A stretch of DNA of 62,111 nucleotides from Octopus bimaculoides (lineage: Eukaryota). Of the stretch, positions 25,980 through 39,817 are shown piece by piece; within the stretch, counting starts at the first letter, position 1, and each line of letters begins with the position of its first letter. A model generated the notes under the pieces. The model had not been told where the DNA came from. It ran no database searches and worked only from the letters and a program-made list of their open reading frames with translations. The translations under genes and the position numbers were made by a program. The stretch covers positions 2,249,508 to 2,311,618 of the forward strand of contig NC_068988.1 of the NCBI RefSeq assembly GCF_001194135.2. Direction: 5' to 3'.

Positions 25980-26360
25980 ACTTTGAGGATCCACACATCT
26001 TTATTACCTCCCAGCCTCTCTTCTATAATATGAAAGCCATATAACCCCTCTACTATAAGAAACCTGTTCTGCTCCGGCCCTTCTCTCATACTTTAAACCC
26101 TCATCTCCTTGCATAAAGTCATTTCTCTTGGAGTTTGTAGTTTTGCAAGCTGTGGGGCAACTTCACTTGTACAAGTGGTATGAACAATGTACCCAGTACA
26201 TTCTGTCAAGTGGTCAGCATTACAAAAAGCATCCAGCCATGAAAACCATTCCAAAGCAGACACTAGGGCATGATGAAGTCCTTGGACCCATCAGATCCTG
26301 TTGAACTATCCAACCCATGGAACATGGGCATTAAAGGACCATTGATGATGATGATGATGT
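25980..26360 (+). mobile_element. Family C / RTE 3'-UTR-like repeat
   Basis: aatgtacccagtacattctgtcaagtgg...aagcatccagcc...caacccatg, ending in (GAT)n. Layout is similar to 61060-61380. Confidence 0.65.
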
Positions 26361-27233
26361 ATATATGGAAGTGCAAAGCTTAGTGGTTATATGTATATAT
26401 ATATATAAGTGTATGTATAGCTATAAATATGTGTATTTTGTTTGGGTATGAATGTGTGTATAATACTGGTGAATGCTTATAAGCATCAGTGATAATGCAC
26501 ATAATAAAAACAAACAAAAACAGAATAACTCTCTAAGAAAAAAACCTTTTGAAATAATATTTCCAAACCAAAATTGAGATCCTCCATTATGAATCTTACC
26601 ATCGTAAAATATAGAGAGGCAGTGTTAGGTTCACTGGAAGCATGTAACCATTGGGGACAAGTGTTTAGAGAGAATGATTTAAGATAAGTTGAAGGTAAAA
26701 ACATATCACTTGCATCAATAGATTAAGATTCTAATGATAAGAAAATTGTGAAAGGTGAAAAGGATAGATTATGCAATGGCTCACGTGGAGACACAGTAGC
26801 ATGAAGCCAAGCTAGAATATGATGTTTAGTCAATTATTTTGGTTATTACAGTTAGAATCTTTTGAAAACTAGTTAGTAATGTATCTCAAGCAAAAATTTA
26901 TGTCTGCTCTACGAATTTGTAATAGAAGAATGTAATTCATTTAATGACAGACGTATTGTACTTACATCAGTGTAATAAATATGTAAGATGCACAGAGCAC
27001 ATCACATGCATCTACAGACACAACAAAAAGGAAGTGTGCAGGGTAAGATTAATGTGGATTTTAGATGGATTTAAGATCTGAAGTCGACATAAGTGACTTG
27101 GCTTAATGCTTTCAAATTGACCGGACTTAACTTCTTAATAAGTTTCAAAGCATGTAATGAAGTCAATTTTTTTATGGCTTTAGTAGTTGAATATACATAT
27201 AGATACATTAAGATAGCTATATATCTATATCCA

Positions 27234-27234
<1 letters not shown>

Positions 27235-27312
<78 letters not shown>

Positions 27313-27462
27313 ATATATATATATATCTATATATATATATCCATCTGTCTATCTACCTATCTAGCTGTCCATCCGTCTGTCTGTCTGTCCGTCTGTCTGT
27401 CTGTCCGTCCGTCCGTCCGTCCGTCCGTCCGTCCGTCCGTCCGTCTGTCCGTCCGTCCGTCC

Positions 27463-27503
<41 letters not shown>

Positions 27504-27515
27504 TCTATCTATTTA
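27235..27515. repeat. (TATC)n-(CTGT)n-(CCGT)n-(TATC)n compound tetranucleotide array
   Basis: Directly visible. Confidence 0.95.
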
Positions 27516-27679
27516 TCTACATATATATATTATATGTATATTGTTGTGTGTAGTGGTGTACACGTTTTATATATCAACAGACGAAGGTATTCAGGATTTG
27601 GATGGATGATAGTTATTTTAGTGCTTCCACCCACTTCAGGGTTTCAACACGAATTGTAACTTGTTGAAAATTTATTTCC

Positions 27680-27716
<37 letters not shown>

Positions 27717-28499
27717 AGGTTTGTTGAAAAGATCAAGAGTTCAATTTTCTGTTCCTGGGTTTTGGAAAAGGATATTTTAGGAATGGTTATCTGAGATGTT
27801 CTTTGCCATTTTGAATCTGTTAATGTGTATATGTACGTGAGTTTTTAAACAAAACATATATGAGAAATTTTTGGAGGCTTGGTTAGAGAAAGAAAATAAA
27901 AATGAAAAAAAAAAAAATAATAAAGTGTTGTTTTCTGGGATGGTTGATTTGATGACGGGTCAGAAGAAGTCAAACTTTTCATCAATTACAACAAATTGTC
28001 ACTTTTAATGATTGAATAACTGACAGGGTTTTTCCTTTACTTTAGAATTCACCAAATTGTTTGGGAAGGTTTTTTAATGCATGTGTGTGAGCATGTGTGT
28101 GAGTATGTGTGTGAGTATGTGTGTGAGTATGTGTGAGTATGTATGTGTTGATTGTTTAAGAGTTAATTTTTCCAACCATTTTTGTAGCAGTATTATGAAT
28201 ATCATTAATACTATCGAGTGATTATTTGGTTTGGTTCATCTGGAAAAATAATTTTTTTAATAAAAATTTCCCATCTTTTTATAAATATACCTTTTGCACA
28301 TTTAGTTTTGGTGAAAACTTCTTTATAAAATGTATTTCCATTTCTTTCTGGTATTTGGATCATCCTCCAGGCATTTATAGGAAGGAAAAATCTTGAATCT
28401 GATGTTTCCACATATTTCTAGATGTTTGCTCAGTGATATTTTACATAATTTCACTTGCTTAACATGTTGTCTATGAATTCTAGCAGATTGACAAAAGGA

Positions 28500-28937
28500 C
28501 TGCGCCAGTGAAACACTAACAGCACTGTCCGAGTGTGCTCATTGCCAGAGCAGCTGTCTGACTTCCATGCTAGTGGCCCGTAAATAGCACCATTTGAGCG
28601 TAATCGTTACCAGCATCGCCTTCTAGCACTTGTGCTGGTGGCACCTTAGAAAATCATTCGAGTGAGGTTGTTGTCAGTGCTGCTGGACTGGCTCCCATGC
28701 AGGTGGCACATGAAAAACACCATTTTGAGCGTGGCCGTTGTCAATACCGTGTGACTAAAAGCACCCACTACACTCTCGAAGTGGTTGGCATTAGGAAGGG
28801 CATCCAGCTGTAGGAACTCAGCCAGATCAGATTGGAGCCTGGTGCAGCCTTCTGACTTGCCAGTCCTCAGTCAAATCGTCCAACCCATGCCAGCATGGAA
28901 AGCGGATGTTAAACGATGATGATGATGATGATGATGA
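28500..28937 (+). mobile_element. SINE family C, long form with internal degenerate tandem units
   Basis: Repeated caccatttgagcgt...gttgccag-like units, then gtggttggcattaggaagggcatccagctg...gcatggaaagcggatgttaaac(gat)n. Confidence 0.85.
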
Positions 28938-30045
28938 TATATACATCCAATTGCTTGTAATATATGTTCATTTTAAAATGAGGTAAAAAAAATTTTGAAA
29001 TTGTACTCGATCAATCATACATTGGGCAAAAAAAAAACAAATCATATTTCACATACATATGACAAAACCCTTTGAAATCCTGTCTTCCATGAATGCTATA
29101 CTTAACTGACTCTGAAAGACTAATTTCTTGTAACCACATAACTTTCAAAGCTTCCAATCATTTCCAGTCCTTGACAGTTATTTGTTTACTCTCTGGTCAC
29201 AGTTGTTAGATGTTTCTACAACCTTGTCCACACATTAAATCTCTAAGCTCATTAATATTTATAATGTTTTCATTTATTACTAATTACCTTACTTTCTCCA
29301 TGATTAACCTTACTAAATCCATTCTGTCTTTGCAATCAATTTTAGTAAAACTTTTTACTTAACACATGTCTGTCCATTACTCAAAGATTCTTTGTCCTCT
29401 AATAACCGAAAACCATCTTTAAAATATCTCATGTCTGTGACACAAACTGATGGTCATACCCATTTTGACTGACCATCATGTGCTAAGTTTGCTAATTTAA
29501 TCTATCTCACTAATACCCTTTTTTCTCTACAATCTATCTTATTTAGTTTCAATAATTTATACTCATTAAGCAGAAAGTTCGCTATGTCTGGACATTAATA
29601 TCCTTCAGCTTCTTTTTAATTTACCTCAACCAATGTTACTTCAATGTAAAATAAAACTCTCTCGCTCATTTGCTTAATTCTTCATTTTTGATGTCGTACA
29701 CATTAACTTCTAACTCATTATTAACCACCTTTCTACACATATTTCTCAAAGCTGCTTTATTCTCTTATTAAGCACATTACAGTTTCTTTAACTTTATTCT
29801 TCCTACCACTGCACACCCTGCCTTCTATATTTCCTTTGATCTCTCACTGCACTTTCTACTTTTGTCCACTTCTGTATGTTCGCAATTGCTTTACAGGCAA
29901 GAATTTTATGTAAGGCTGCTTAAATACCAGTTTTTTTTTTTTTACTTGTGCTTATGTATGCTTATCTGCATATTACAGCATATGGGGATCATTGTGTGTG
30001 TATATATGTGTGTGAATGCAGGTGTATGTGCATTTGTGTGTGTAC

Positions 30046-30149
<104 letters not shown>

Positions 30150-30182
30150 TATGTATATGTATATATATATATATGCATATGT

Positions 30183-30244
<62 letters not shown>

Positions 30245-30771
30245 TTAAATTATTTTAATGACTGCTTAAAGTTTGACTGGGTGTAGGACTTAATTAAGTT
30301 ATATGCAATTTGGAAAAGTCATATACCTGGAAAAACTTTTAATTCACTGTCAATAGAATTACTGTGCAATAAAATGTCCCCTGTTTTTGTACCTGGGCAT
30401 TTAGTGTTTATTTTTTTATTACACGTGTCTAAAATGTATGGAATGGCTTCTATTGTCTTCAAACTTTGCTTTTATAACCTTGCTAATGATTCTTTGAAAT
30501 TTATCAATTTTACAGAACACTCCAGATAGATTTGGTGGTGAGTTGCTGAAAGAGAATTTTCATGACCTTTCAAGAATTCTCATGATTGTTGTAGAAATTT
30601 CTAGAACTTTCCAGTAAATTAAGCAGTTATTTATATACAGTGTGTATGTATATGTATATATACACACATATACACACAAACAAGCACGCACACACATACC
30701 CATATATATATCTATATCTACAAAGACACAGACATGTATACACTCACACACACACTCACACACTCACACAC

Positions 30772-30814
<43 letters not shown>

Positions 30815-31655
30815 TATATATATATATGTATATATATATATAGATGAGAACATTGTCACAACAAAATAGCAAAGATAATATTAAAAACCTATAAAAAGAA
30901 AATTATAACAAAATATAAAATATAATTTTTTTATTTATCATTTAAATGCTTAAGGGGCTTCTGTATGTGTGTGTGTATATATATGTGTGTGTGTGTATAN
31001 NNNNNNNNNNNNNNNNNNNNNNNNNNNNNNNNNNNNNNNNNNNNNNNNNNNNNNNNNNNNNNNNNNNNNNNNNNNNNNNNNNNNNNNNNNNNNNNNNNNN
31101 NNNNNNNNNNNNNNNNNNNNNNNNNNNNNNNNNNNNNNNNNNNNNNNNNNNNNNNNNNNNNNNNNNNNNNNNNNNNNNNNNNNNNNNNNNNNNNNNNNNN
31201 NNNNNNNNNNNNNNNNNNNNNNNNNNNNNNNNNNNNNNNNNNNNNNNNNNNNNNNNNNNNNNNNNNNNNNNNNNNNNNNNNNNNNNNNNNNNNNNNNNNN
31301 NNNNNNNNNNNNNNNNNNNNNNNNNNNNNNNNNNNNNNNNNNNNNNNNNNNNNNNNNNNNNNNNNNNNNNNNNNNNNNNNNNNNNNNNNNNNNNNNNNNN
31401 NNNNNNNNNNNNNNNNNNNNNNNNNNNNNNNNNNNNNNNNNNNNNNNNNNNNNNNNNNNNNNNNNNNNNNNNNNNNNNNNNNNNNNNNNNNNNNNNNNNN
31501 NNNNNNNNNNNNNNNNNNNNNNNNNNNNNNNNNNNNNNNNNNNNNNNNNNNNNNNNNNNNNNNNNNNNNNNNNNNNNNNNNNNNNNNNNNNNNNNNNNNN
31601 NNNNNNNNNNNNNNNNNNNNNNNNNNNNNNNNNNNNNNNNNNNNNNNNNNNNNNN

Positions 31656-31693
<38 letters not shown>

Positions 31694-32026
31694 CACACAT
31701 ATATACATATAGGTGTGTATTTATGTGTGTGTGTGTGTACACAAAGTGATGGAGAGAGAGAGTATGTGAGAGGGAGAGAGACACGGAAAGACAGACAGAT
31801 AAACAGATTGATAGATAGATAAATAGATAGTGAAACATTTTAATGTGAATGGCAAATGAATTAATAAGAAAAAAGAAATTTTGAAATGAATTATTAATAA
31901 GAATAGCAAAACAGATACTGTTTCTGTGGTGTCATATGTTTAGTTGTTGAGCAGCGATAGAAACATATTCAGAATTATCATATCAAATGTATATGTGTGT
32001 GTATATGTGACATATATCCATACACC

Positions 32027-32096
<70 letters not shown>

Positions 32097-33129
32097 GTAA
32101 AGTGAATGTATTGTGTATAGTACTGTGATAAACAAGCTTTTAAGGATGTATAATTCTCCTTTCTTATTTATAATGTTTTGACTCTAAACTCTGTTTGCTG
32201 TGTAAAATCCAAAGATGCTGATTCAGGTTTTACCTGTTGAGTCAAATACCAGGTAATTGCTTACCTTAAAAACAATTTCTTATTGTTCCATATCATTCGA
32301 TGTGGTAATCAAAGTACCTGTAAGGTACCAGCCCTGATTCAAAATCCCTATTTCTTTGCATCACACACACACACAGTTATAATATTTATAAAATTTATCC
32401 CAGAAGGCAATTTTATTTAAATATTTTCTGTTACAACAGTTAAAGTAACTTTGAATGTTTATCAAATTGCAACAAGTTTGTGTGTCTAATAAAGAATTTA
32501 TGAAACATCTGAATCGTTGAAATGACAAACAGAAATGGGAAAGTATGTTGTATGTCAGGAAAATAATTACATCAATGCAAAATGAAAAGTGATGCCCCTG
32601 TACAAAACTTTTGATATTTAATCTTCTCTTGATATAACAACATTCTTCATCCTTTGTTTTTACATTCAACTGACTTCCACCATCACAGACCATCAATGTG
32701 TTTTGGGGAAATATAAAGTTTTATCCTGGATTTCATGAATGATTGATTATATTTATAAATTGCTTTTCTAATTGCATGTTCAACTGTTTGTTAGTATCAG
32801 CCAAGCTTTTCAAATACAAAAAAGGAAAAAATGTGANNNNNNNNNNNNNNNNNNNNNNNNNNNNNNNNNNNNNNNNNNNNNNNNNNNNNNNNNNNNNNNN
32901 NNNNNNNNNNNNNNNNNNNNNNNNNNNNNNNNNNNNNNNNNNNNNNNNNNNNNNNNNNNNNNNNNNNNNNNNNNNNNNNNNNNNNNNNNNNNNNNNNNNN
33001 NNNNNNNNNNNNNNNNNNNNNNNNNNNNNNNNNNNNNNNNNNNNNNNNNNNNNNNNNNNNNNNNNNNNNNNTCCCATCTAAGACTCACCCTGCGTCTATG
33101 ATATGAATCCCTCATTTTAAAGTTATCTA

Positions 33130-33410
33130 TACACTTTCCATCCTAATTTCATGTTAATTTATGTTCCAAGTGTCAACTTAACAATATGACAAAGGCATTT
33201 TACTAAATTCTTCATTACTTTCAAAATTAATTGAAACAAAGACAGTGTATTTTAGCAGAAATATGGTAAATGAAACAGTTAAGGGGATCAAAATGAAAAC
33301 CTTCCATCAAAATTTCATGTTAATTTGTGTTTCAAATACCAGTTTAATAATGACAAAGTTATGTTATTAAATTCTTCATTATTTTCAGAATTAAGTAAGG
33401 TATTTCAACT
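33130..33410 (-). mobile_element. Two partial copies of the AT-rich MITE family, inverted
   Basis: ctaaattcttcattactttcaaaattaattgaaacaaagacagtgtatt is the reverse complement of the 10010-10050 motif. Confidence 0.65.
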
Positions 33411-34124
33411 GGAATATGCTAACAAAAGGACTAAATGTCTTAGCATCATAATTTCTATACGCTATGAGTCTAGGTTCCAAGTGAAATTCAAAAATGGTTT
33501 CCTCCAAGGTGGAATTAACTAAGTCTTTAAATAATAATATACATACACATCAAAATTAGTTCAATGAATTTTTCTAGTCTCATATTGGAAATTGTAAAAA
33601 TTCGAATAGTAATAGCAATGGGAATTCACAAGATTATTTTTCAAATTCTTGGAACATTTTCAAATAGCTATTTGATGTTTCTGAATATTCAAGCAGAATA
33701 TTTTTGTTACATTAATGTTTTAAACATTGTATTTTTGATTAAACATATCATGTATGATATGGTTGCAAAGGTATGGATTTAATTTAAATTTGTTGCTGTT
33801 TTTGATGACAAAACGACTAGTTAAAAAAAGTCAAGGAATTCAGAGAAAATCAATTTCATGATTAAAATATCAACCTTGAATTACATCACGGAAATATTGG
33901 TAAATTTTGCTTCAAATGAAAACAGACCCGGCTTGTTTTGGCTTCTGGCATAAGACAATAATATAACATAACCAGCTTGGAAGGACTAAAAACAAAAACA
34001 CTATAAAACATTCGTATCAAAGAACCCCAGGGAACTTACCTTTATGCCAAAGTCATAATCCTTATGGCATTATGATAGCTATTTGGAAACATGTAGAGCT
34101 GTTTATCAAAGTCCTCTTCCTGCA

Positions 34125-34382
34125 TTCATGAAATTACTGTCATTTAATATGGTTTAGCAATTTTGCATTTAAACTGGCTTTATCCGACCTGAATATTCTA
34201 CCTGTTTCATTTTCAGATCAACTAGATCCAACCTCTCACACACACTCTACAATGTTATTCTAAAAGTCCACAATCTCATCATTGAAATTATAAAGCTATG
34301 AGATAATGCATGATTAATTCAAAACAGTATGAACCAATATGAAGATACATTTGGCAGGGCAGTCTGAAAGTTAAGGGTTTAA
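34125..34382. mobile_element. Probable second TTAA-ended MITE family
   Basis: Ends in aagggtttaa. Body resembles a high-copy Octopus element recalled from memory. No second full copy in the window. Confidence 0.45.
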
Positions 34383-34464
34383 CCTAGGTTTAACCTTGAT
34401 GCTAAAGCTTCACTGAGATTCCTGTTGATGACTTATAAAACAGGATGGCACATGACACAGCATT

Positions 34465-34905
34465 GCTGTGTGATTGAGAAGTTCACTTCCAGGCCAAATG
34501 GTTTTAGGTTCAGTCCAGCTGTGTGGCACCTTCAGCAAGTGTTTTCAATTTGACCCACTGGATGACCAAAACTTTGTCAACAAATTTGAAAGGTGAAAAC
34601 TGAAAGAGGACTGTCATACATACACACTCATGTGTGTATGTGTGTGTGCGTGTGTGTGCATGTGTGTGTATGCATCTATCTGTTTGCATGTGTGTGTGCA
34701 TGCATGTGTATGCATGTATGTATGTATGCATGTGTGTATGTGTGTGTGCATGTGTGTGTACATGTGTGTATATGCATTTATATGTGTGCATGCATTTACC
34801 TGTGTGCATGTGTGGGTGTATGTGTGTATGCATTTATCTGTATGCATGCATTTGTAGGTGTATGTGTGAGTGTATGTGTGTGCATGTGTGTGTATGCATG
34901 TATGT
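34465..34905 (+). mobile_element. SINE family A head running into a (TG/TGCA)n field and N gap 34906-35877
   Basis: ttaggttcagtccagctgtgtggcaccttcagcaagtg. Confidence 0.65.
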
Positions 34906-35877
34906 NNNNNNNNNNNNNNNNNNNNNNNNNNNNNNNNNNNNNNNNNNNNNNNNNNNNNNNNNNNNNNNNNNNNNNNNNNNNNNNNNNNNNNNNNNNNNNN
35001 NNNNNNNNNNNNNNNNNNNNNNNNNNNNNNNNNNNNNNNNNNNNNNNNNNNNNNNNNNNNNNNNNNNNNNNNNNNNNNNNNNNNNNNNNNNNNNNNNNNN
35101 NNNNNNNNNNNNNNNNNNNNNNNNNNNNNNNNNNNNNNNNNNNNNNNNNNNNNNNNNNNNNNNNNNNNNNNNNNNNNNNNNNNNNNNNNNNNNNNNNNNN
35201 NNNNNNNNNNNNNNNNNNNNNNNNNNNNNNNNNNNNNNNNNNNNNNNNNNNNNNNNNNNNNNNNNNNNNNNNNNNNNNNNNNNNNNNNNNNNNNNNNNNN
35301 NNNNNNNNNNNNNNNNNNNNNNNNNNNNNNNNNNNNNNNNNNNNNNNNNNNNNNNNNNNNNNNNNNNNNNNNNNNNNNNNNNNNNNNNNNNNNNNNNNNN
35401 NNNNNNNNNNNNNNNNNNNNNNNNNNNNNNNNNNNNNNNNNNNNNNNNNNNNNNNNNNNNNNNNNNNNNNNNNNNNNNNNNNNNNNNNNNNNNNNNNNNN
35501 NNNNNNNNNNNNNNNNNNNNNNNNNNNNNNNNNNNNNNNNNNNNNNNNNNNNNNNNNNNNNNNNNNNNNNNNNNNNNNNNNNNNNNNNNNNNNNNNNNNN
35601 NNNNNNNNNNNNNNNNNNNNNNNNNNNNNNNNNNNNNNNNNNNNNNNNNNNNNNNNNNNNNNNNNNNNNNNNNNNNNNNNNNNNNNNNNNNNNNNNNNNN
35701 NNNNNNNNNNNNNNNNNNNNNNNNNNNNNNNNNNNNNNNNNNNNNNNNNNNNNNNNNNNNNNNNNNNNNNNNNNNNNNNNNNNNNNNNNNNNNNNNNNNN
35801 NNNNNNNNNNNNNNNNNNNNNNNNNNNNNNNNNNNNNNNNNNNNNNNNNNNNNNNNNNNNNNNNNNNNNNNNNNNNN

Positions 35878-35918
<41 letters not shown>

Positions 35919-37439
35919 CATACACACACACACATGGTGTTCATGAATTATCTTTACAATTTGAAACATTTTTTTTAAAAAATGGATAACCTAGCAGGTT
36001 GTGTGGAAGTGTTCTGATGTCTCCAATAAAACTTTATTTATTTGCCTATATTTTCCAATAAATTCTACTGAGTTATCCTTATTTTTCCTGAATTTTTCAA
36101 ATTGTAAAGATATATATATTAACATTTCTACAATTTCTGTATGAACCTAATTTTGTTACTAACATGATATAAATCTATAAAGTCATATGTACTCATAAAG
36201 CTGCTACCTAGCTCCACGGTTTGTTGNNNNNNNNNNNNNNNNNNNNNNNNNNNNNNNNNNNNNNNNNNNNNNNNNNNNNNNNNNNNNNNNNNNNNNNNNN
36301 NNNNNNNNNNNNNNNNNNNNNNNNNNTATATATATATATATATAATCTAAAGTAGGACACTATTCCATTGTGTTTGTAACATTTCCAGATGATTTAGTTC
36401 CAGTTTAACTACATTGAAGAGAACTGATGCATGGCAGGATTAAATGTTGAGACCAGACAAACAATAAAATGTCTGCAACAAATTTGAACTTGTAACCCAT
36501 TAGTTTATGGTCCAATACTTTATTCACTACTCCCAATTTAGTTCTACATTCCCATATTATGCAATCAAATCACAGTTCTTCATTTTTCAGTGAGCTGATT
36601 TAAAGTTGTAAATTTTTATAAAAACATGAACAAGGATGGTATGATCACTTAATGATGGGTCGATGAATTACTACTGTAGTCTTTGATACTTGCCTAAAAT
36701 GGAACTTGAAAGGAATCTTTAGTTCTCTCTAGTTAGTTCAAGCAGCAAAGAAACAATATCTAATGTTTCTGACAGCAACAGAACAACAACAAAATATAAA
36801 AATATAAACAAGATTTGTTCAGTTCTTTTAAATCCCATTATTTCATTAAAAAGATGACATTTATCTTCAACTAGGAAGCTAAAAGAGAATCAATACACTT
36901 CTTAGGGTGGGTATTTTTAGAAAATAACTGATGGGAATTTGAAAATGAAAAAGAAAAAAAAAAAAAATTTTATATTTTATTTTTTTTTAATATTTATTTT
37001 TTCTTTTCAGAAGGAAATTCTAAATGTTAGGAATCTGAAAATAATGAGAAAATTCTAAATGTTGTTACAACACTTCTCTTAATGAAGGAGAATTTTAATA
37101 GAATTTGCTATTGTTTGTGATGTTGGTAGTGTTAATTCTAATTGCAATGTTGACACTGTGGTATTGATTTTAGTGCTAACAACTTAATGTTGACGAAATA
37201 GTATTTTAGTTGTAATGTTTCTTGAATAGTATTGACTAAGGAGCATTATAAGCGAAATGGTGATGTTATGCAATTCTGAGAGCATCGTAGCCTATGGAAC
37301 ATGGACAGCATGATGACAATATAACAGAAGGGCAACAGTTGGATATTTAGAGGGGAATTCAAAATATAAAGTATTTTCATTGAAGTATGGAGTATTTATT
37401 GTCCTCATCAGCATCGTTTTACTGTCTACTTTTTTATGT

Positions 37440-37690
37440 CTTGCAAGGGTCAGATGAGTGCATTGAGGCAGAGTTCTGCTATGGCCAAATGTCTTTATAA
37501 GTGACAGCCCGAGGGGAAAAGAGTAAGAAGGTGCCCTAAAACCATATGGCAAAGGACCCTTGCCAAGGAAAGGAAATGAGAAGGATAAAGAAGCTGGAAT
37601 AAGACCGGGACAGTGGCAGAAGACAGAAGTAATTGAAGAGATTGTGTTGTGGCCTTATGTACTTCATGGCATGGAAATAACTAACAGATG
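37440..37690 (+). mobile_element. RTE LINE 3'-end relic
   Basis: PEGKRVRRCPKTIWQRTL...AEDRSN*RDCVVALCTS resembles the RTE C-terminal PxGKRxRGRPKxTW...DRxxWRxxVxALC motif. Confidence 0.7.
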
Positions 37691-38149
37691 TCCTTACTGC
37701 CACTGACCTCTACTTGTTTTCAAGCAAAGGATAAAATCTCTCAGTTTATTGAACAACAAACAGCCTGGACATGTTTTATGTAGAGAACTGGAAACAAACA
37801 ACATCAAATAATCTCTTCATTTCCAAAAATGTTCTCAACATGTTGAGACAGGTCAAGAAACTCAGACATGCTTTTGCAGAGAATTGCAAGCCAAAGAAAC
37901 AACAGGAAACCATTGTTTACAAACTGGAAAACACAAGAGAAATACAAATTCACACAAACAAACATGCACATAGACACACAAATACACACACATACACGCA
38001 TAATGTTTATTAACAGAATAATAGTTTACATGCAATGGTAATAACATAAGTTTTGTTTAATGCTATCAGCAGGTCTATGAAAAATAGCAAAGTATATTTT
38101 TGTTGTTGTTGATGATGGTGATGATGATGATTATTTAGATCACCTTTTG

Positions 38150-38245
38150 TTGGCATAGCAGATTAAAGTAATATTCTGCATTCCCTGCTTGGCCCTTCTC
38201 AAGATAGTCAGTTACCAAAATCCCATCTTTATCCTCCCCTAAAGT
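38150..38245 (-). mobile_element. Short mariner transposase fragment
   Basis: DKDGILVTDYLEKGQAGNAEYYFNLL resembles the mariner WDxxGILLIDYLEKGxTIxxxYYxxLL motif. Confidence 0.75.
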
Positions 38246-38289
38246 GCTTACTCTTGGGTCTTCATTCTCTTTAACTGCAGAGAACCCAA

Positions 38290-38480
38290 GTGCAGCCATT
38301 CCATCGATTGTGGCAAGATTTCTACAGCTGGATACCCTTCCAAACACCAACAACTCCAAGAGTGTAGTGGGTGCTTTTTACATGCCACCAGCACGGAGGC
38401 CAGTCAGGCGGCACCGACATCAGCCATGACTACAATTTCACTTGACTCAACAGGTCTTCTCAAGTATATGATATTGCTCG
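38290..38480 (-). mobile_element. SINE family C body
   Basis: tttctacagctggatacccttccaaacaccaacaactccaagagtgtagtgggtgcttttta. Confidence 0.8.
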
Positions 38481-38606
38481 ACAATTGAAGGGTACTTTTG
38501 AACGATCTCTCTTGGCTTTCATCATTTAAATTTGTTCTGTTTTTAGTTTGTGTATTTAATATATTTTGTATAATTATGTCTTATATTGATATATAATATA
38601 TATATA

Positions 38607-39340
38607 GGTACAGGAGTGGCTGTGTGGTAAGTAGCTTGCTTCCCAACCACCTGGTTCTGGGTTCATTCCCACTGTGTGGCACCTTGGGCAAGTGTCTCAG
38701 GCCGATCAAAGCCTTGGGAGTGAATTTTGTAAATGGAAACAGAAAGAAGCCCATCATATATATATATATATATANNNNNNNNNNNNNNNNNNNNNNNNNN
38801 NNNNNNNNNNNNNNNNNNNNNNNNNNNNNNNNNNNNNNNNNNNNNNNNNNNNNNNNNNNNNNNNNNNNNNNNNNNNNNNNNNNNNNNNNNNNNNNNNNNN
38901 NNNNNNNNNNNNNNNNNNNNNNNNNNNNNNNNNNNNNNNNNNNNNNNNNNNNNNNNNNNNNNNNNNNNNNNNNNNNNNNNNNNNNNNNNNNNNNNNNNNN
39001 NNNNNNNNNNNNNNNNNNNNNNNNNNNNNNNNNNNNNNNNNNNNNNNNNNNNNNNNNNNNNNNNNNNNNTTTATATATATATATATATGTATATGTTTGT
39101 GTGTCTATGTTTGTGTCTGTTTGTGTCTGTGTTTGTTTGTGTTTGTCCCTCCATCATCAATTGACAACCGATGTTGGTGTGTTCACATCCCTGTAACTTA
39201 GCGGTTCAGCAAAAGAGAATGATAGAATAAGCTCTAGGCTCACAAAGAATAAGTCCTGGGTTCAATTTGTTCAACTAAATGCGGTGCTCCAGCATGGCCA
39301 CAGTCAAATGACTGAAACCAATAAAAAGATAAAAGAAAAG
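38607..39340 (+). mobile_element. tRNA-derived SINE family A, full length, interrupted by N gap 38775-39069
   Basis: A-box-like tggctgtgtgg, B-box-like gggttcattccc, and 3' ggtgctccagcatggccacagtcaaatgactgaaac with an A-rich tail. Confidence 0.9.
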
Positions 39341-39702
39341 ACCCTCATATGCACGAATGTCTTGCATGTTTCTTGCCTTCCATAGATTTTGTCTTTTGTA
39401 TGTATTTGGTAAGTATACATGCTTTGTATTTTTATATATCTTGTAAGTCGAAATAGTTTGTGTCTATATTTTTTATGTATTTCTACACGTTTCAAATATA
39501 TATGCTTCAAATGTATGTTTTGTACAAGTGTATATTTTGTGTGAACATGTATATTTTGTATATGTAAATGCTTCGTACCTATGTCTTATATATATACATA
39601 CATATATATTATTTGTGCAGTTATATATTTTGAATGTCACTATGTTTTAGTGAACATAAAAGAAAGAGAAATATTGACAGAGTTAGATAAAGAGGAGAAG
39701 AA

Positions 39703-39817
<115 letters not shown>

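Noticed and set aside
26600-26633. ASLYFTM resembles the KCNH/EAG pore helix (SLYFTM)
   Set aside because: Flanking residues do not match and no TSVGFG-type exon was found.
28584-28600. tagcaccatttga matches the start of miR-29
   Set aside because: It lies inside a SINE internal repeat unit and has no precursor hairpin.
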